Source: Ministeria vibrans ATCC 50519 (Eukaryota; Protista; Filasterea). From it: a stretch of DNA of 41,527 bases. The translations under genes and the position numbers were made by a program. Positions within the stretch are counted from its first letter, which is position 1. The number at the start of each line of letters is the position of its first letter. Location of the stretch: positions 50,396 to 91,922 of the forward strand of contig CALSCP010000245.1 of NCBI GenBank assembly GCA_943704425.1. The letters are read 5' to 3'. A model generated the notes under the pieces. That model saw only the letters and a list, made by a program, of their open reading frames with translations, was not told where the DNA came from and searched no databases. Positions 11,901 through 24,143 of this stretch are shown here, piece after piece.

Positions 11901-13776
11901 TCGGGCAAGGGTTCGCAGAGTGTCTCGTTGATCCAGTTGACAAAGCGTACGTCGAGGCGACCGGCGTTTGTGGCGAGTGCATCGGCAATCACCTGGAAGA
12001 GCTCGTCGTAAAGGAAGGCGCGGCAGGCCGGCGTGTCGCAACTGTCGGTCATGAGACGCAAGAGTGCCACCATCTGCTCGGTGGCCGCGTCGCACATGAA
12101 CTCGGTGGGTTGTGTGGCATCGCTGGCGTTTCGCATGCACATGTGACGCACAACGGCGACTGCACCCACGATACCAATGCGCTTGTAGAGCACCTTGGAG
12201 TGTGCGAGTTGTTTACGAATGAGAATGTGCATGTCATCGGCAATGAGAGACTCGACGGCGTCCGCCGTGCCCTCATGCTGCCTCTCGTGTTGCAAGGGTG
12301 TCTCGGTTGTGGCCGCGAGCTTGGAGAGAATGAGGAAAAGAAGGCGCACCTGAGCCAAGCTCAGGTTGGAGAGGTAGTCGAGGATGCCCTTGATGAACAT
12401 GGTGAAGGGTTTCATAGCCAAGGGCTTGCGCTCGACGAGCGCCTGAAGGACACCCAGCGAGGCGTCCGCCTCGCAACGAATGCCCGAGCCAATGTGCGTC
12501 ACAAGATAGCCCACGACCTCTTGGCGGTAGTAGGCATCGAGGACGAGAAAACTGTTGCGATAAATGGCCGCTGCAAATGGGTGTACCGTTGAGTCGGCAC
12601 AGCGCAAGAGGGACTCGGCAATGGCCATGGCCGTGGAAAAATACTCGCGCGCCGACGTGCCATGAGCATAGAAGAGTTTGCGCAAAAGCGACGCGGTGAG
12701 CTGACCACGACGCACCTTGCGGCGTAGCAGGGTTTCGGCCGCCTTCTTGTGGGGCGCCATATCGTAGAGCATAAAGAGGACAAACACGTCGAGGACCGAG
12801 TGTTCGGCGGCATCCTCGATGGCACCCAGCACCTTAAGCCATGCATCGGCAATGATCTTTTGAAAGCGCATGCCCGAGCGCAAACTGTCCAGTGTGAGTT
12901 TTTCGCCCTCACGCAACGAGCTGGACTTGTCGCGTGCCGTTTGCACGCCAGGCACCTGCGAGCATGCATCGATGCTGGCGCTGTCGGGAGCGGCAGTAGC
13001 AGCGGTAGTGGCAGCGGCGGCTGCTGCGGCGCTGGTTGCCATGGCGTCCAGATCAAGGGTGGTTCGCAGTTGTTGCACAATGGGAATGGCCGTGTCGGCG
13101 GCGGCTGTCTGCAAGAGGAAGCGCACGCACACGGGCAGATCGTCCATGTCAATCGAGGACAAGTGCCCGACGACTGTCTGCCGCACGAGGTCCATGAGAT
13201 CGGCTCGCAAGTTGAGGTTGGAGAGCGCGTCAAGAATGGGGGCCATAAGACGGCTGTTGTCGGCGACAAGATCCTTGAGAAACTCGACAATCTTGTCGTG
13301 TTGACTGTCGTCGACGATCTCAGGAAGACTTGTAATGATCTCGCGCTGAGTCTCGCGCTCCGTCAACTGCAACATGTCAATAAGCTGATCGGCGAGGGCA
13401 GCCGAGTCAAAGACACGGTCAAGCCAACGAAGTTGCGAAATAAGCAAGCGTGGCATGTTGACACCCGTGTCCTCTTCGCAGTCGGGCAGACGTTCAAGGA
13501 GCAGTCGAATAACACCTCCCTGGAGCACCGCCACTCCGAGCAACAGGCGTAACAAACTGTCCATGCCACCTGCGCCGGCCACAGCCACTGCCGACGAGGA
13601 CGACGTGGCACTCGCAGCCGAAACGTACACAGTGGCACCCGCGTCATTTTCGGCCGGCAGAAAGTTAGACTAACCGAAAGAAACAAATTAGTCGAAAGAT
13701 TAGGGAGAAAGATAAAAGTGATTGAGAGAGCGGTACAAAGCGATATAGGAGAAGGGGAGGGAGATAAATACACGTA

Positions 13777-13830
<54 letters not shown>

Positions 13831-14330
13831 TTGTGAGAGGAAGGGGAGATGAGTGTGCGCGCCGTTTTCGAAAACAAAACAAGGCAAAACAATGGTCCTA
13901 CTGGAAGTCCTTGACCGTGCATGTTGTAGTTGGCATTGTTGATGCTGTCGTCGTCGTTGTTAGATGGGTTGTCTGGGAGGTAGGCGATGCGGACTGGCTG
14001 GAGAGCGGCGAGAAGCCAAGAGGCGTTGGATTCGAGGTGAGACGACAGATTTGCCAAAAAAGTGACAACCTGTTCCGACTCGGCGTCCTCTCCGAGCGTC
14101 TGCTGTAGGCTGCGACGGAAGGCAGCGCGATTAGCCGCCGACATGGCCCACACGTAGCAGAGATCGCCGTGGACCGACGGCAAATGCACCAGGTGAAGGC
14201 CAGATTTGGTCAACGGCTCCAAAACGCTTTTCTCGTCCAACGACGGTGCCGCAGCCTTGGTTGTGCCTCGTCCCGCAGCGCCCGTGCCTGCAGGACCCTT
14301 TCCCTTGGCGCCCGTATGCTTTCGAGGCAT
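8948..14330 (-). CDS. FANCD2: Fanconi anemia group D2 protein
   Basis: Two exons (14330-13902, 13669-8948). Motifs MPRLLISQLRWLDRV, QREIITSLPEIVDDSQH and YYRQEVVGYLVTHIGSG. Monoubiquitination site DDMHILIRKQLAHSKVLYKRIGIVGAV (human K561 context). C-terminal AFWCGNLKHRDLQG. Confidence 0.96.
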
Positions 14331-14604
14331 GGTTGAATCTATTTTATGAAAAGCCAAAGCGTGTTTGAGACGAGTTTGAAAAGTAAGAGTGAGCAAAAGA
14401 ACGACGAGTGAGAGAGTGAGAGGGCAGCCGGAGGAGACAACACAACACAACAGAGTAGCGTAGAAAGGTATAAGCAACGAATAAAGGCTCTGCGAAGAAG
14501 AGCGTACGTACCTGAAGAAAAAGTTTGAGTTTTTTTTTTATTCTTTATTATTTTCCGATCGCGTATTAGAAGAATAATAAAATAATATAATTATATTTTT
14601 TCTA
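14331..14604. promoter_or_regulatory. Putative bidirectional promoter between FANCD2 and TFB2
   Basis: 274-bp intergenic region between divergent start codons, with an AT-rich stretch near the TFB2 ATG. Confidence 0.55.
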
Positions 14605-15709
14605 ATGAAAAACTGGAAGGAATACCTGCAGCATCAGCCGACGGCAGCGTTGACAAGATTATTAAACCGCCATGCACTGTGTGGTCTTGCTGTCATGGGC
14701 GCGTGCAGTACGCTTGCGCGCACTCTGTTGATGCGTCTTGTCATTGTCGACGGACCTGTCCCCGTTCCAGCCACGTCGGCCAACTTGAAGGCCCTCGACG
14801 AGCTCGAGACGCTCTCGCTGTGCCACAAACGACAAGTGCGCGCCGGGAAACGCGAAAACAGCAGCGACGGCAGCAGCGACAAGTATTTTGTCGACGTCCA
14901 AGCGACCGACGCGGCACGACGGAGTCTTTTGCGTGCTTTCACGGGCACCGACACACTCTTGGCGGACGCCGCTGTGCCAGGACCTGCCCAGATCAATGCT
15001 GCTGCTAAGGGCCAGCGCGACACCGATGGCGATGTAGTCATGAGGGGAGATGAGACAGCGAGCGAGGACAGTGGCGACGACAAGGGACACCCCAGCACTG
15101 CCGGTGTGTCCTGTGAAACACTTGAGAAGCACGCAAGCGATAGCTGGCAAAAGCTGCTGTTGTTGCTTGTCAACCCCAGCAAGGCGAAGAAAAGCTCCTT
15201 GTCATCGGATCATCTGAGACCACTTCTCAAACGCGTCGGTTTGCTCAGTGAATCGTCTGGCGGCAAAGGCACTCTTGAAATCACCAGCGAAGGCTTTCAG
15301 TTTCTTCTACAAAATCCCTCAGCACAAGCCTGGCACCTCATGGTGATGCATCTGGATATTTTAGAGGTGAGAGCACTAAGCAAGAAGAAGAAACGAAAGA
15401 AAAGACATAGTTTTTGTTTAATTTTTTTTTCTTGGTTTCGTGTAGAATTCAGAAGAGGACCCTCTCGAGCTAACAGCGCTTCTTTGTTTCCTACATCACT
15501 CTATTCTTGGCGAACGCTACGCAGTGTCGGACCTGTCACCGACGCAGCACAATCTGCTGCCGTTTCTGCACGACATTGGACTCGTGTATCACTCGCGACG
15601 ACACACCGGCCCTTACTACTACCCAACGAGTCTGGCCCTTGCTGTGCTCGACGGCGAAGATAAACTCGACCTGTACCACCGTCAACAGCAACAACAACAA
15701 CAACAACAA

Positions 15710-15744
<35 letters not shown>

Positions 15745-16377
15745 CGAGAAGAAGGAGTTTGTCGATGGCTCGTCCCTCACGACTGGTTTTATAGTGCTTG
15801 AAACAAACTTTCGCTTGTGTGCCTTTACCGGTATACACAAAAGTATTCTCATGCAGCTCTCATGTTTTATTGTATTATTCCCACAATAGACTCTGAGCTT
15901 CACATTTCGTTGCTGAGTCTATTTGTGTCGCTGCGCGCCAACTACGGGTTTGTCGTGGTTGGGCAGCTCACACGACGGTCCATCAACGAGGCATTTCGAC
16001 GCGGCATTACCAGCACACAGATTCTGCGCTTTCTTGAGAGCAATGCGCACCCACAGATGCTTGCGCAACAGCCTATTGTGCCCAGTACAGTCAGTGACCA
16101 GATATACCTGTGGGAGCGCGAACGGTCCCGTTTGTCGTTTACGCCTGCGATGCTCTACCGCGACTTTAGTGCGGGCGCCGAGGCCTTTTTGCTTGTGCGC
16201 AACTACGCGCGCGATCTCTCGGTGCTCCTTGCCGAGAGCGATTCGTCTCTGCTTGAGTTGGATATGGATGACGATGAGCAAGGGGCGCGCACCAAGCGCA
16301 GTCAGTTTTACTGTGTCGTTGACAAGGACGCTCATTCGTCCATTAAGGAGTTCTGGAAGGCTAACAAGCCCGTCTAG
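14605..16377 (+). CDS. GTF2H4: General transcription and DNA repair factor TFIIH subunit p52 (Tfb2)
   Basis: Exons 14605-15366, 15446-15830 and 15890-16377. Motifs ITSEGFQFLLQ, YYYPTSLA, GFIVLETNFRLCAFT, LTRRSINEAFRRGITSTQILRFLESNAHPQM and VPSTVSDQIYLWERERSRL. Confidence 0.95.
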
Positions 16378-16511
16378 CACTTTCTTCTGTACAATCCGAA
16401 TGAAAATATGTATACTCTAAAATAATACTCATGAACGAATCATTTTTAAATTGACGAACAAGAGAGACGTTCCCAATTATAAAATGTTTGTGTTTGTGTT
16501 TTTGAGTTTTT

Positions 16512-16546
<35 letters not shown>

Positions 16547-16616
16547 CAATTTTTTTCAAAACTCACTTTAATTTCCGTTTATTTTTACTCCAAGGGGACT
16601 CAGCAAGTCGCTCTCG

Positions 16617-16927
16617 ATGGAAGTTGCACATCCGGCAGTGGGCGAAGAGACGCGGGAGGCGGCGGTGGCGCTGCAACGACAGGCGCCCGACACGGTCGAG
16701 AAATGGAAGCGGCTGCAGAAGCAGGCCTTCACCGGCTGGGCCAACTGCTACCTTCGTGAAGTGTATGCTCCATTGTCTCCTCTCTCACCTGAATTTTTCG
16801 TCGCGAACCTTTTTTTTTATATAATAATATATTTTTTTATTATAGGAACAAAACTATTGACGATTTGTTCACTGACCTTGACGACGGTCTTCTTCTCCAT
16901 GCCCTCTGCGAGACTGCCAGTGGCAAG
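16617..16927 (+). CDS. Filamin/alpha-actinin-type calponin-homology (CH1) actin-binding domain exons; 5' part of the gene that continues across the gap
   Basis: Exons 16617-16762 and 16846-16927 splice to WKRLQKQAFTGWANCYLREVNKTIDDLFTDLDDGLLLHALCETASGK, matching filamin CH1 (WKKIQQNTFTRWCNEHL...LQTDLSDGLRLIALLEVLS). Confidence 0.85.
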
Positions 16928-16999
16928 GTATGACGTGCGCACGCGCCGAGCCCATTTGTGCCAGTGTGTCTTGTCTTACATCTCATCCTGCAATCGCTC

Positions 17000-17189
17000 T
17001 CTCTCTCTCTCTCTGTCTTTCGCGTTGTTTCCTCGCTCTGTCTGTCGGTCTCTCACTTTGTGTCTGTCTCTCTCTCTCCCCTCTCTCTCTTTCTTTGCCT
17101 CTCTCTCTATCACTTTGTTTCTTTCTCCTCTCTCTTCCTCTATCACTTTGTGTGTTTGTGTGTGTGTGTGTCTCTCTCTCTCTATCACT

Positions 17190-17255
<66 letters not shown>

Positions 17256-17381
17256 TTCGCGTTGTTTCCTCGCTCTGTCTGTCGGTCTCTCACTTTGTGT
17301 CTGTCTCTCTCTCTCCCCTCTCTCTCTTTCTTTGCCTCTCTCTCTATCACTTTGTTTCTTTCTCCTCTCTCTTCCTCTATC
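17000..17381 (+). repeat. Intronic CT-rich tandem repeat (about 237-bp period) running into an assembly gap
   Basis: A block of about 130 bp starting tgtctttcgcgttgtttcctcgc occurs at 17014 and again at 17251; the second copy ends at the N-run. Confidence 0.85.
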
Positions 17382-18070
17382 NNNNNNNNNNNNNNNNNNN
17401 NNNNNNNNNNNNNNNNNNNNNNNNNNNNNNNNNNNNNNNNNNNNNNNNNNNNNNNNNNNNNNNNNNNNNNNNNNNNNNNNNNNNNNNNNNNNNNNNNNNN
17501 NNNNNNNNNNNNNNNNNNNNNNNNNNNNNNNNNNNNNNNNNNNNNNNNNNNNNNNNNNNNNNNNNNNNNNNNNNNNNNNNNNNNNNNNNNNNNNNNNNNN
17601 NNNNNNNNNNNNNNNNNNNNNNNNNNNNNNNNNNNNNNNNNNNNNNNNNNNNNNNNNNNNNNNNNNNNNNNNNNNNNNNNNNNNNNNNNNNNNNNNNNNN
17701 NNNNNNNNNNNNNNNNNNNNNNNNNNNNNNNNNNNNNNNNNNNNNNNNNNNNNNNNNNNNNNNNNNNNNNNNNNNNNNNNNNNNNNNNNNNNNNNNNNNN
17801 NNNNNNNNNNNNNNNNNNNNNNNNNNNNNNNNNNNNNNNNNNNNNNNNNNNNNNNNNNNNNNNNNNNNNNNNNNNNNNNNNNNNNNNNNNNNNNNNNNNN
17901 NNNNNNNNNNNNNNNNNNNNNNNNNNNNNNNNNNNNNNNNNNNNNNNNNNNNNNNNNNNNNNNNNNNNNNNNNNNNNNNNNNNNNNNNNNNNNNNNNNNN
18001 NNNNNNNNNNNNNNNNNNNNNNNNNNNNNNNNNNNNNNNNNNNNNNNNNNNNNNNNNNNNNNNNNNNNNN
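17382..18070. other. Assembly gap (N-run) inside the filamin-like gene
   Basis: 689 N bases. Confidence 1.
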
Positions 18071-18133
18071 TTTTTTTTGAACTTTTTTTTTTTTTTTCTT
18101 TTCTTGTTCTTGTTTTTTTTTTTTTTCTTGTAG

Positions 18134-21101
18134 GTGTTGGTGCGTATAGATGCACCCAACAAGGAGTTGGTGGAGGTAGACGTGGTTGATGATGGTCCCG
18201 GTCGCTATGTGGCACATTTCACGCTCACCGAAGCGGGTGTATACAGCTTCTATGTGTCGGCCAATGGTGTGCAGGCGCAAGACTCGCCCGTCTCCAAAAC
18301 CCTTTCACCGACCACTACCTTCACAGCCACCGCTTACCCTTCTTCTACCTCTGCTGAGCCTGTCTCGCCGCTGTTGGTGTCCTCCCAAGTCGATGATGAT
18401 GTTGCGAGTGCACTCGTCACGCCCGAGTCGCCCATTGCGACTGAAACGAACTGCGACCTTCCCACTGCCTCCTCTTCTCCCATTCCTCTAATTTCACCTT
18501 CATCTGTTGTTGCTCGCTTGCGCTGCACCACATCAGGACCGTTAGCGACCGAAGTGTGTTCCTTCACTGCCGTCACGTACCTCGATGATGATGCACAGAC
18601 GCGCGTTGCTAGTGTGCCACTCTGTCTCACTGTACATGACGCCGATGGAGTTGAGCAAAGCATCGTAGACGTTCCCTCACACGACTCCGGTGTACACCGT
18701 TTCTCGTTTACACCACGCCTTGCCGGCGCCTACACTGCCACAGTTGCGGTGGCTGCTGCTACGGTCGATACATCGCACGTGAGCCTTCCAACACCGACGC
18801 TGGTGAACGTGCGTGCTCCTCCACTCTCCTACACGGTTAAGGTGATTCCTGCAAGCACTGAGGCATCGCGTGCCACGTTGCGCATTCGTGCCGTTACCAA
18901 GAACTCGGGCGTTCCCTACTGGGGCAGCATTTCCCTCGTGTGTGTCGATCCGACGGGTCAGCGCAGCTTCATTCAAACGGTGCCAACAGACGACGACTTT
19001 GACTTTGTCAACACTAGTGCATTACACGCGGGTGTGAGTGCCGCCGTGATTCTCGTGCCCCTCAAGGGAACCTACACACTTTGTGTCGAAGAACCTCCCT
19101 CGGTCAGTGGACACGCACGCGCCGAACCGACCATAATCAAAATCGCAACGTTCCATGTCGACCATCAACAGCCCGACGATGATGTGCCATCACCATTGTC
19201 GTCCGCACCTCCATCACCCTCCAAACAATCACATCTACAGCAGCAACAAGAACAACAGTCGCAGCAAGAAGAGAAACGCCGTGTGCTCAGCAGTTCTCGT
19301 CAGGAGCAACAACGATACGGACATGCGTCAGCCGCGTCGTCAGCCACGACCACCGCCGGGTCCTCACGTCGCCAAGTCCGCATGTCTACCATGTCATCCG
19401 CATCGTATCGCAACGACACGGTCAGTCGAGATGCCTTGTACACGACCGACAATGTGGCAAGCGAGGAGATTGGCAACGAAAAGAATCTTCGATATGATGA
19501 GAACGATGATGAGCGGCTCAACCGTGACGATCTGACGCATTCCATTGTGACTGTCACCGAGGCACTCGATCGCTTTGGCTATGGCCGTTTTCAATGGCTC
19601 ATGCTTGCTCTTTGTGGCGCCGGCTACTTTGCAGTGTGTGCCGAACTTCTCTTGTACGTGTTCATTCAGGACCCGTTGAAGGCGCGCTTCCACTTGGGCA
19701 CCTACGACTACGACTGGCTGCCCTTCGCCACGTCCTTGGTGGGTCTGGTCAGCAGTCCGCTGTGGGGTATGCTCAGCGACCGCATTGGACGTCAGCGTCT
19801 TTTTCTGCTGACTGTGCTTATCTCGGGCATTGCTGGCCTCATCTCGGCCTTTTCGCCCGCCTTTTGGTTCTTTGTTCTGATGCGTTGCGTTGTCGCATTG
19901 GGTCTGTCGGGCATTGTCTCCGTAGACTTTGTGCTGTTTCTTGAATTCATTCCAACCAAAAACCGCGCGCGTGCTATGATTCTTATCACCGCCTGTGGCA
20001 CCCTCGGCGTGTTGCTCGTGGCAGGACTCGCGTGGGCGCTCAGCGAGTGGGACAATGGCGACTGGTGGCGCTACCTGACGGGCCTCAGCGCGACACCACT
20101 TTTGCTGGCCGCCCTAGTCCGCTACAAGTGCTCGTACGAGTCTCCACGCTACTTGGTGGCGTGCAGTCGTCGTCAGGAGGCGCGTGACGTTCTTGAACAT
20201 GTGGCCACGATGAACGGCGCGCAACCACTGGGCGCACACGAAGTGCTTGTGGGCGAAGACCAGCCGGCGCGCGGTCGTCTCATGGAGCTTTTCTCCAAGC
20301 GAGACGAGCCTCTGCGACGACGCACCACCGCCTCGCTTTTTGTTATGTGGTTTGCTCTGTCGACGGGCTACTGGGGCGCCACCATGTACCTTCCCGCTTA
20401 CTTTACGGCCGTCAATGTCAATGTCTACGAGACCTTTTTTCTCATGGTTCTGTGCGAAATTCCGGGCCTGCTTGTTGCCATGCACTTTGTCGAGCACCGT
20501 CGCATTGGGCGTGTGGGCACAGTGCGCGCCTTCTTCCTTGGTTCTGCCCTTTTTATGCTCATCTTCGCGGCCGTATCGCGTCCACCGGGTGCTCTCGTCT
20601 TCCTCTCCTGCATGGTCTACTTCTGCGTCACCCCCATCTACGGTGTGCTTTTTGCTCTCTCTCCCGAATGCTATCCCACTCGGCTGCGCTCCACCGCAAC
20701 AGGCGCCATCAATATGGTCATGACGTAAGATTCCGCAAGCCCCAATAATCACACAAAGATGAAAACCCCTAATTTTTTATACGTTTTACAGGATTCCGTC
20801 TCTTGTGACTGCGTTTGCAGGACAAGCACTGATCGACTCGAACATCCGCATTCTTTACCCCCTCGTGTGGGGCTGTTTTTTCGTCCTTGGCTTCGCAGCG
20901 AGTCTCGCTCTTGCCGCCCGCCATGGCATGGACCGTGACCTCGACCGTGCTCGCGTCCGCGGACGCAGTGCCTCGCTGAGTTTTGGCAACACCAATGTGA
21001 GCGAGTGCCCCAGTTACGACGGCGACGATGGTGTCTACAACAGCGCAGAGGCATCCACTCAAGAAGCTCACCAAAATCTTCTCAATCATTCGTTCAGTTA
21101 A
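18134..21101 (+). CDS. Filamin Ig-like repeats fused in frame to an SV2/SVOP-like MFS transporter (12 TM)
   Basis: A single stop-free exon 18134-20724 holds filamin-type repeats (DDGPGRYVAHFTLTEAGVYSFYVSANG.Q..DSP; DSGVHRFSFTPRLAGAYTATV), a S/Q-rich linker, then EALDRFGYGRFQW, motif A LSDRIGRQR, EFIPTKNRAR, ESPRYL and PECYPTRLRSTATG. Exon 20792-21101 supplies the last two TMs. Confidence 0.88.
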
Positions 21102-21356
21102 AATTAATATTAATTGAGAAACGTGTAATAATTATAATAAAAATAAAAATATACGAGTTTGTGCTGTTCTCTCTCACTTTTGTTCTCTCCTTCCTCTCTC
21201 ATTCCTTCTCTTGTTCTCTCTCTCTCTATCACTTTGTTTCTTTCTCCCGCCCTCCCTCCTCTCTCTATCACTTTGTTTCTTTCTCCCTCCCTCCCCTCTC
21301 TCTCCTCTTAGTTAGTCTCTCTTTCTCTATTTGCTTTGTTACTTTCTTCTCTCCTC

Positions 21357-23468
21357 TCAATCACTTTGTGTTTCTTTCTCCTCTCTGTCAAGCCTCTCTC
21401 TCGGCTCTTCTTCCCTATTTTCTTCCAGAAGCGTCACAGTGACGCACAAGGACAGTCCTTCAAGAGTCTGTCGTGCGTCGTGCACGTGAGCCCTATCCAC
21501 TTCCGTCAGCTCGCCCCTGCGCGACAGACTCTCAAGAGTCTGGAGTGCGTCCAGGGCTTTTGCAAATGGGACGCTCACATCGTCGACGTCGTACGCCTGC
21601 GCAAGGGTCAAAAGATCCTTCAGAGTGTCGCTGGTCACTGTCGTATCGTTCGCAAGCGCCGACGCCAGACGACCACACACTTGGCACATAATACGATGGA
21701 CGCTCGCTTGATACACACCGCGCTTGTTCACCTTCTCCTTGTCTTCCATGTCGTCGTCGTCGTCGTCGTCTTCGCACTTGAGCGTCGATCGGTTGGTTGC
21801 AGGACAACGATGGTGCCAGTCAAGGTACCACGCAACGCTCGCCTTGTCCTCACAATGGCGCACCAAAAGCTCGAGCCAGGCGGCGTCGGCCAGGGCGAGC
21901 ACGACGGCATGCCACGACGGCAGAACGACACCCAGCGCGTCAGGCTCAACTTGACGAACGAGTGCGACGAGGTTGTCAAGCGACACGTTCTCGTTGTCCA
22001 TAACTTTACTGGTAATGCGCGTGTGGATGTCGTCGAGAGTTGACGCGAGCGATCGCACCTTGTTTACCAGTGAGTCATCTCCAAGCGTCAAAGGCAATAA
22101 GTCAACCGAGGCAAGCCATCGATCGACGCGAAGGGCCGAGAAGACGTCAGCAGAGTGTGTTTTTGTCGAAATGGACGCCATATCAACCATGTGCCACAGA
22201 TCGTCGTCGGTGATGTCCCGAGACTCAATGACATCGTCGCACGTCAGCCGTACCTGCAGCGCAGTCACAGCCTCCTCGACTCGGAGCAACACCTCACCTC
22301 GAGCGCGCCACTTGGAAATCGCGCTCAGCATCAATCGCACTTGCTTGACCTCTTTGAGGGGTTCACCCAGGGCAGATGAACGCACCAGCAACGCCTCGAA
22401 CTCGGCCGGACTCGGCTTGATAATGGTGGGGAGGTTGCTGGCTGCGGACGAGCGCGCAAGCAACTTGTTCAATTCGTCCACCCATGCGTCAACGGGACGA
22501 GCGTGGTCGGCAAGAAGCGACAACATGCGCGCGAGTTCGTCCTTGTCGTAGCGATAGAGCATGGTCCACTCCGAAAGAGGACATGCTCCACAGTGATCCG
22601 TGTAGGGCTTGTCGGAGTTGGTGGGTATGGCGTGGCGCATGCACACAAAGACATCGGGCTTGCAGGCGCAGTGGAGCGCCGACAAAAAGTAGGTGGTGTG
22701 ACAGAGATTGCACTGGCGCTGATCGTCGTTGAGACGCTCGGCGGCGACGCGTGCGGTGGCGCGGATGCCGTCCTTGGCGGCGAGCACTAAGGCACGTCGC
22801 TGCGCGTCCTGGATACACACCTGGGAGAACTCATCGCGACAGGCACGCGCAATGGCAGGCGTGGTCTTTTCGACACCGGTGGCGACGCTGCACAGGAGCT
22901 CTTCGTGACTGAAGACGAGGTGGCGGCCGTCGCGAGAGTAGGCTGAGACGCTCTCGCGACCAAATGGCAACCAGTCGGCCGGTGCAAAGTTGACGGCTTC
23001 GGCGACGTTGAAGCCGTTGTTAAAGCCGGCGTGGTAGGCACGCGGGAAAGTGACGATAAACTCGCCAGCGTGCTGGTCGGTGCGCACGACAGGAATACCC
23101 TTCTCCATGAGAAGAGTAGGCGAAATGAGAGTGGTCAGTTGGTACAGCAGCTGGGGGTTCCGGTCAAAGAGCTCGGGCACCGTCTCGCGCACAACTCGTT
23201 CAAATGCATTTGCATGCACATCGGAAATGCCGTACCACGTCTTGGGTGCGCCCGTATGGTTGTAGTTGATCGAGTAGGACCAGTGGTCTTCGGTGTGCCA
23301 ACAGAAGGCCGAGAAACACATGCCCACATACACCCAAGGTACCATCATTCCACTGATATTGCCATTCACATGCTTCAGCAGCGACCCATCCAGTGTCGCC
23401 ATGCGGTTCAAATTCCACGCCGACGACTGAAAAGAAGAATAATAAATAAATAATAATAAATATAATTA

Positions 23469-23514
<46 letters not shown>

Positions 23515-24062
23515 TCTTTTTCTGTTTGTTACCCAACAAGACTCGTCGTCGTCGTCGCTTTTGCCGCCATTGTTGTCACATGGGAAGCCACTGCCATGCT
23601 TGACAGTGTGCAAGTCCGCGCCGTACTCCACATTACCCACCACTTCATCGTCAAGCTCCTCCGAACCGCTCGCCAAGCGCCAGAAATGTCGCTCAATCTC
23701 GGCGGTAGGCACAGTATCAAATGTCCTGAAAAAGTGGCGCTTGAAGCGATCGTCTTTGGCTTTGAACGACCGCAGTGTGTACGTGCGCTCGCCCGAACTG
23801 AAGCCGTACACGGACGGCGGTAGACTCTCGCTGGGCGTGAGTTCAAGCAAAGTCACTCGCGAACTTCCACTACCGGTGCTGCCTGGACGGCATGCCGAAC
23901 AGCACCATTCTGCGCGTGGCATTCGTCCCAGGGGAGGATGCAGGCATCGTAAGTGAAAGAATCGCATGCAACGCTCGCAAAACTACGTAATATCATGATT
24001 AATAACATAATAATTCGTGTTAAACAGGGAAAGGGGCGAAAAACACGCACACACATGCACAT

Positions 24063-24143
<81 letters not shown>

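Noticed and set aside
9101-13552. Numerous plus-strand ORFs opposite FANCD2 (likewise opposite GH3, KDM5, MFS and FGD)
   Set aside because: Antisense shadows of GC-rich coding sequence with no independent motifs.
15683-15742. PolyQ insertion in TFB2, and similar homopolymer runs in FANCD2 and ZNF474
   Set aside because: Trinucleotide-repeat insertions in loops are common throughout this genome; not specific.
16930-18280. Long ORFs (about 260-490 aa) spanning the N-run
   Set aside because: Artefacts of CT/GA microsatellites plus N bases, which contain no stop codons.
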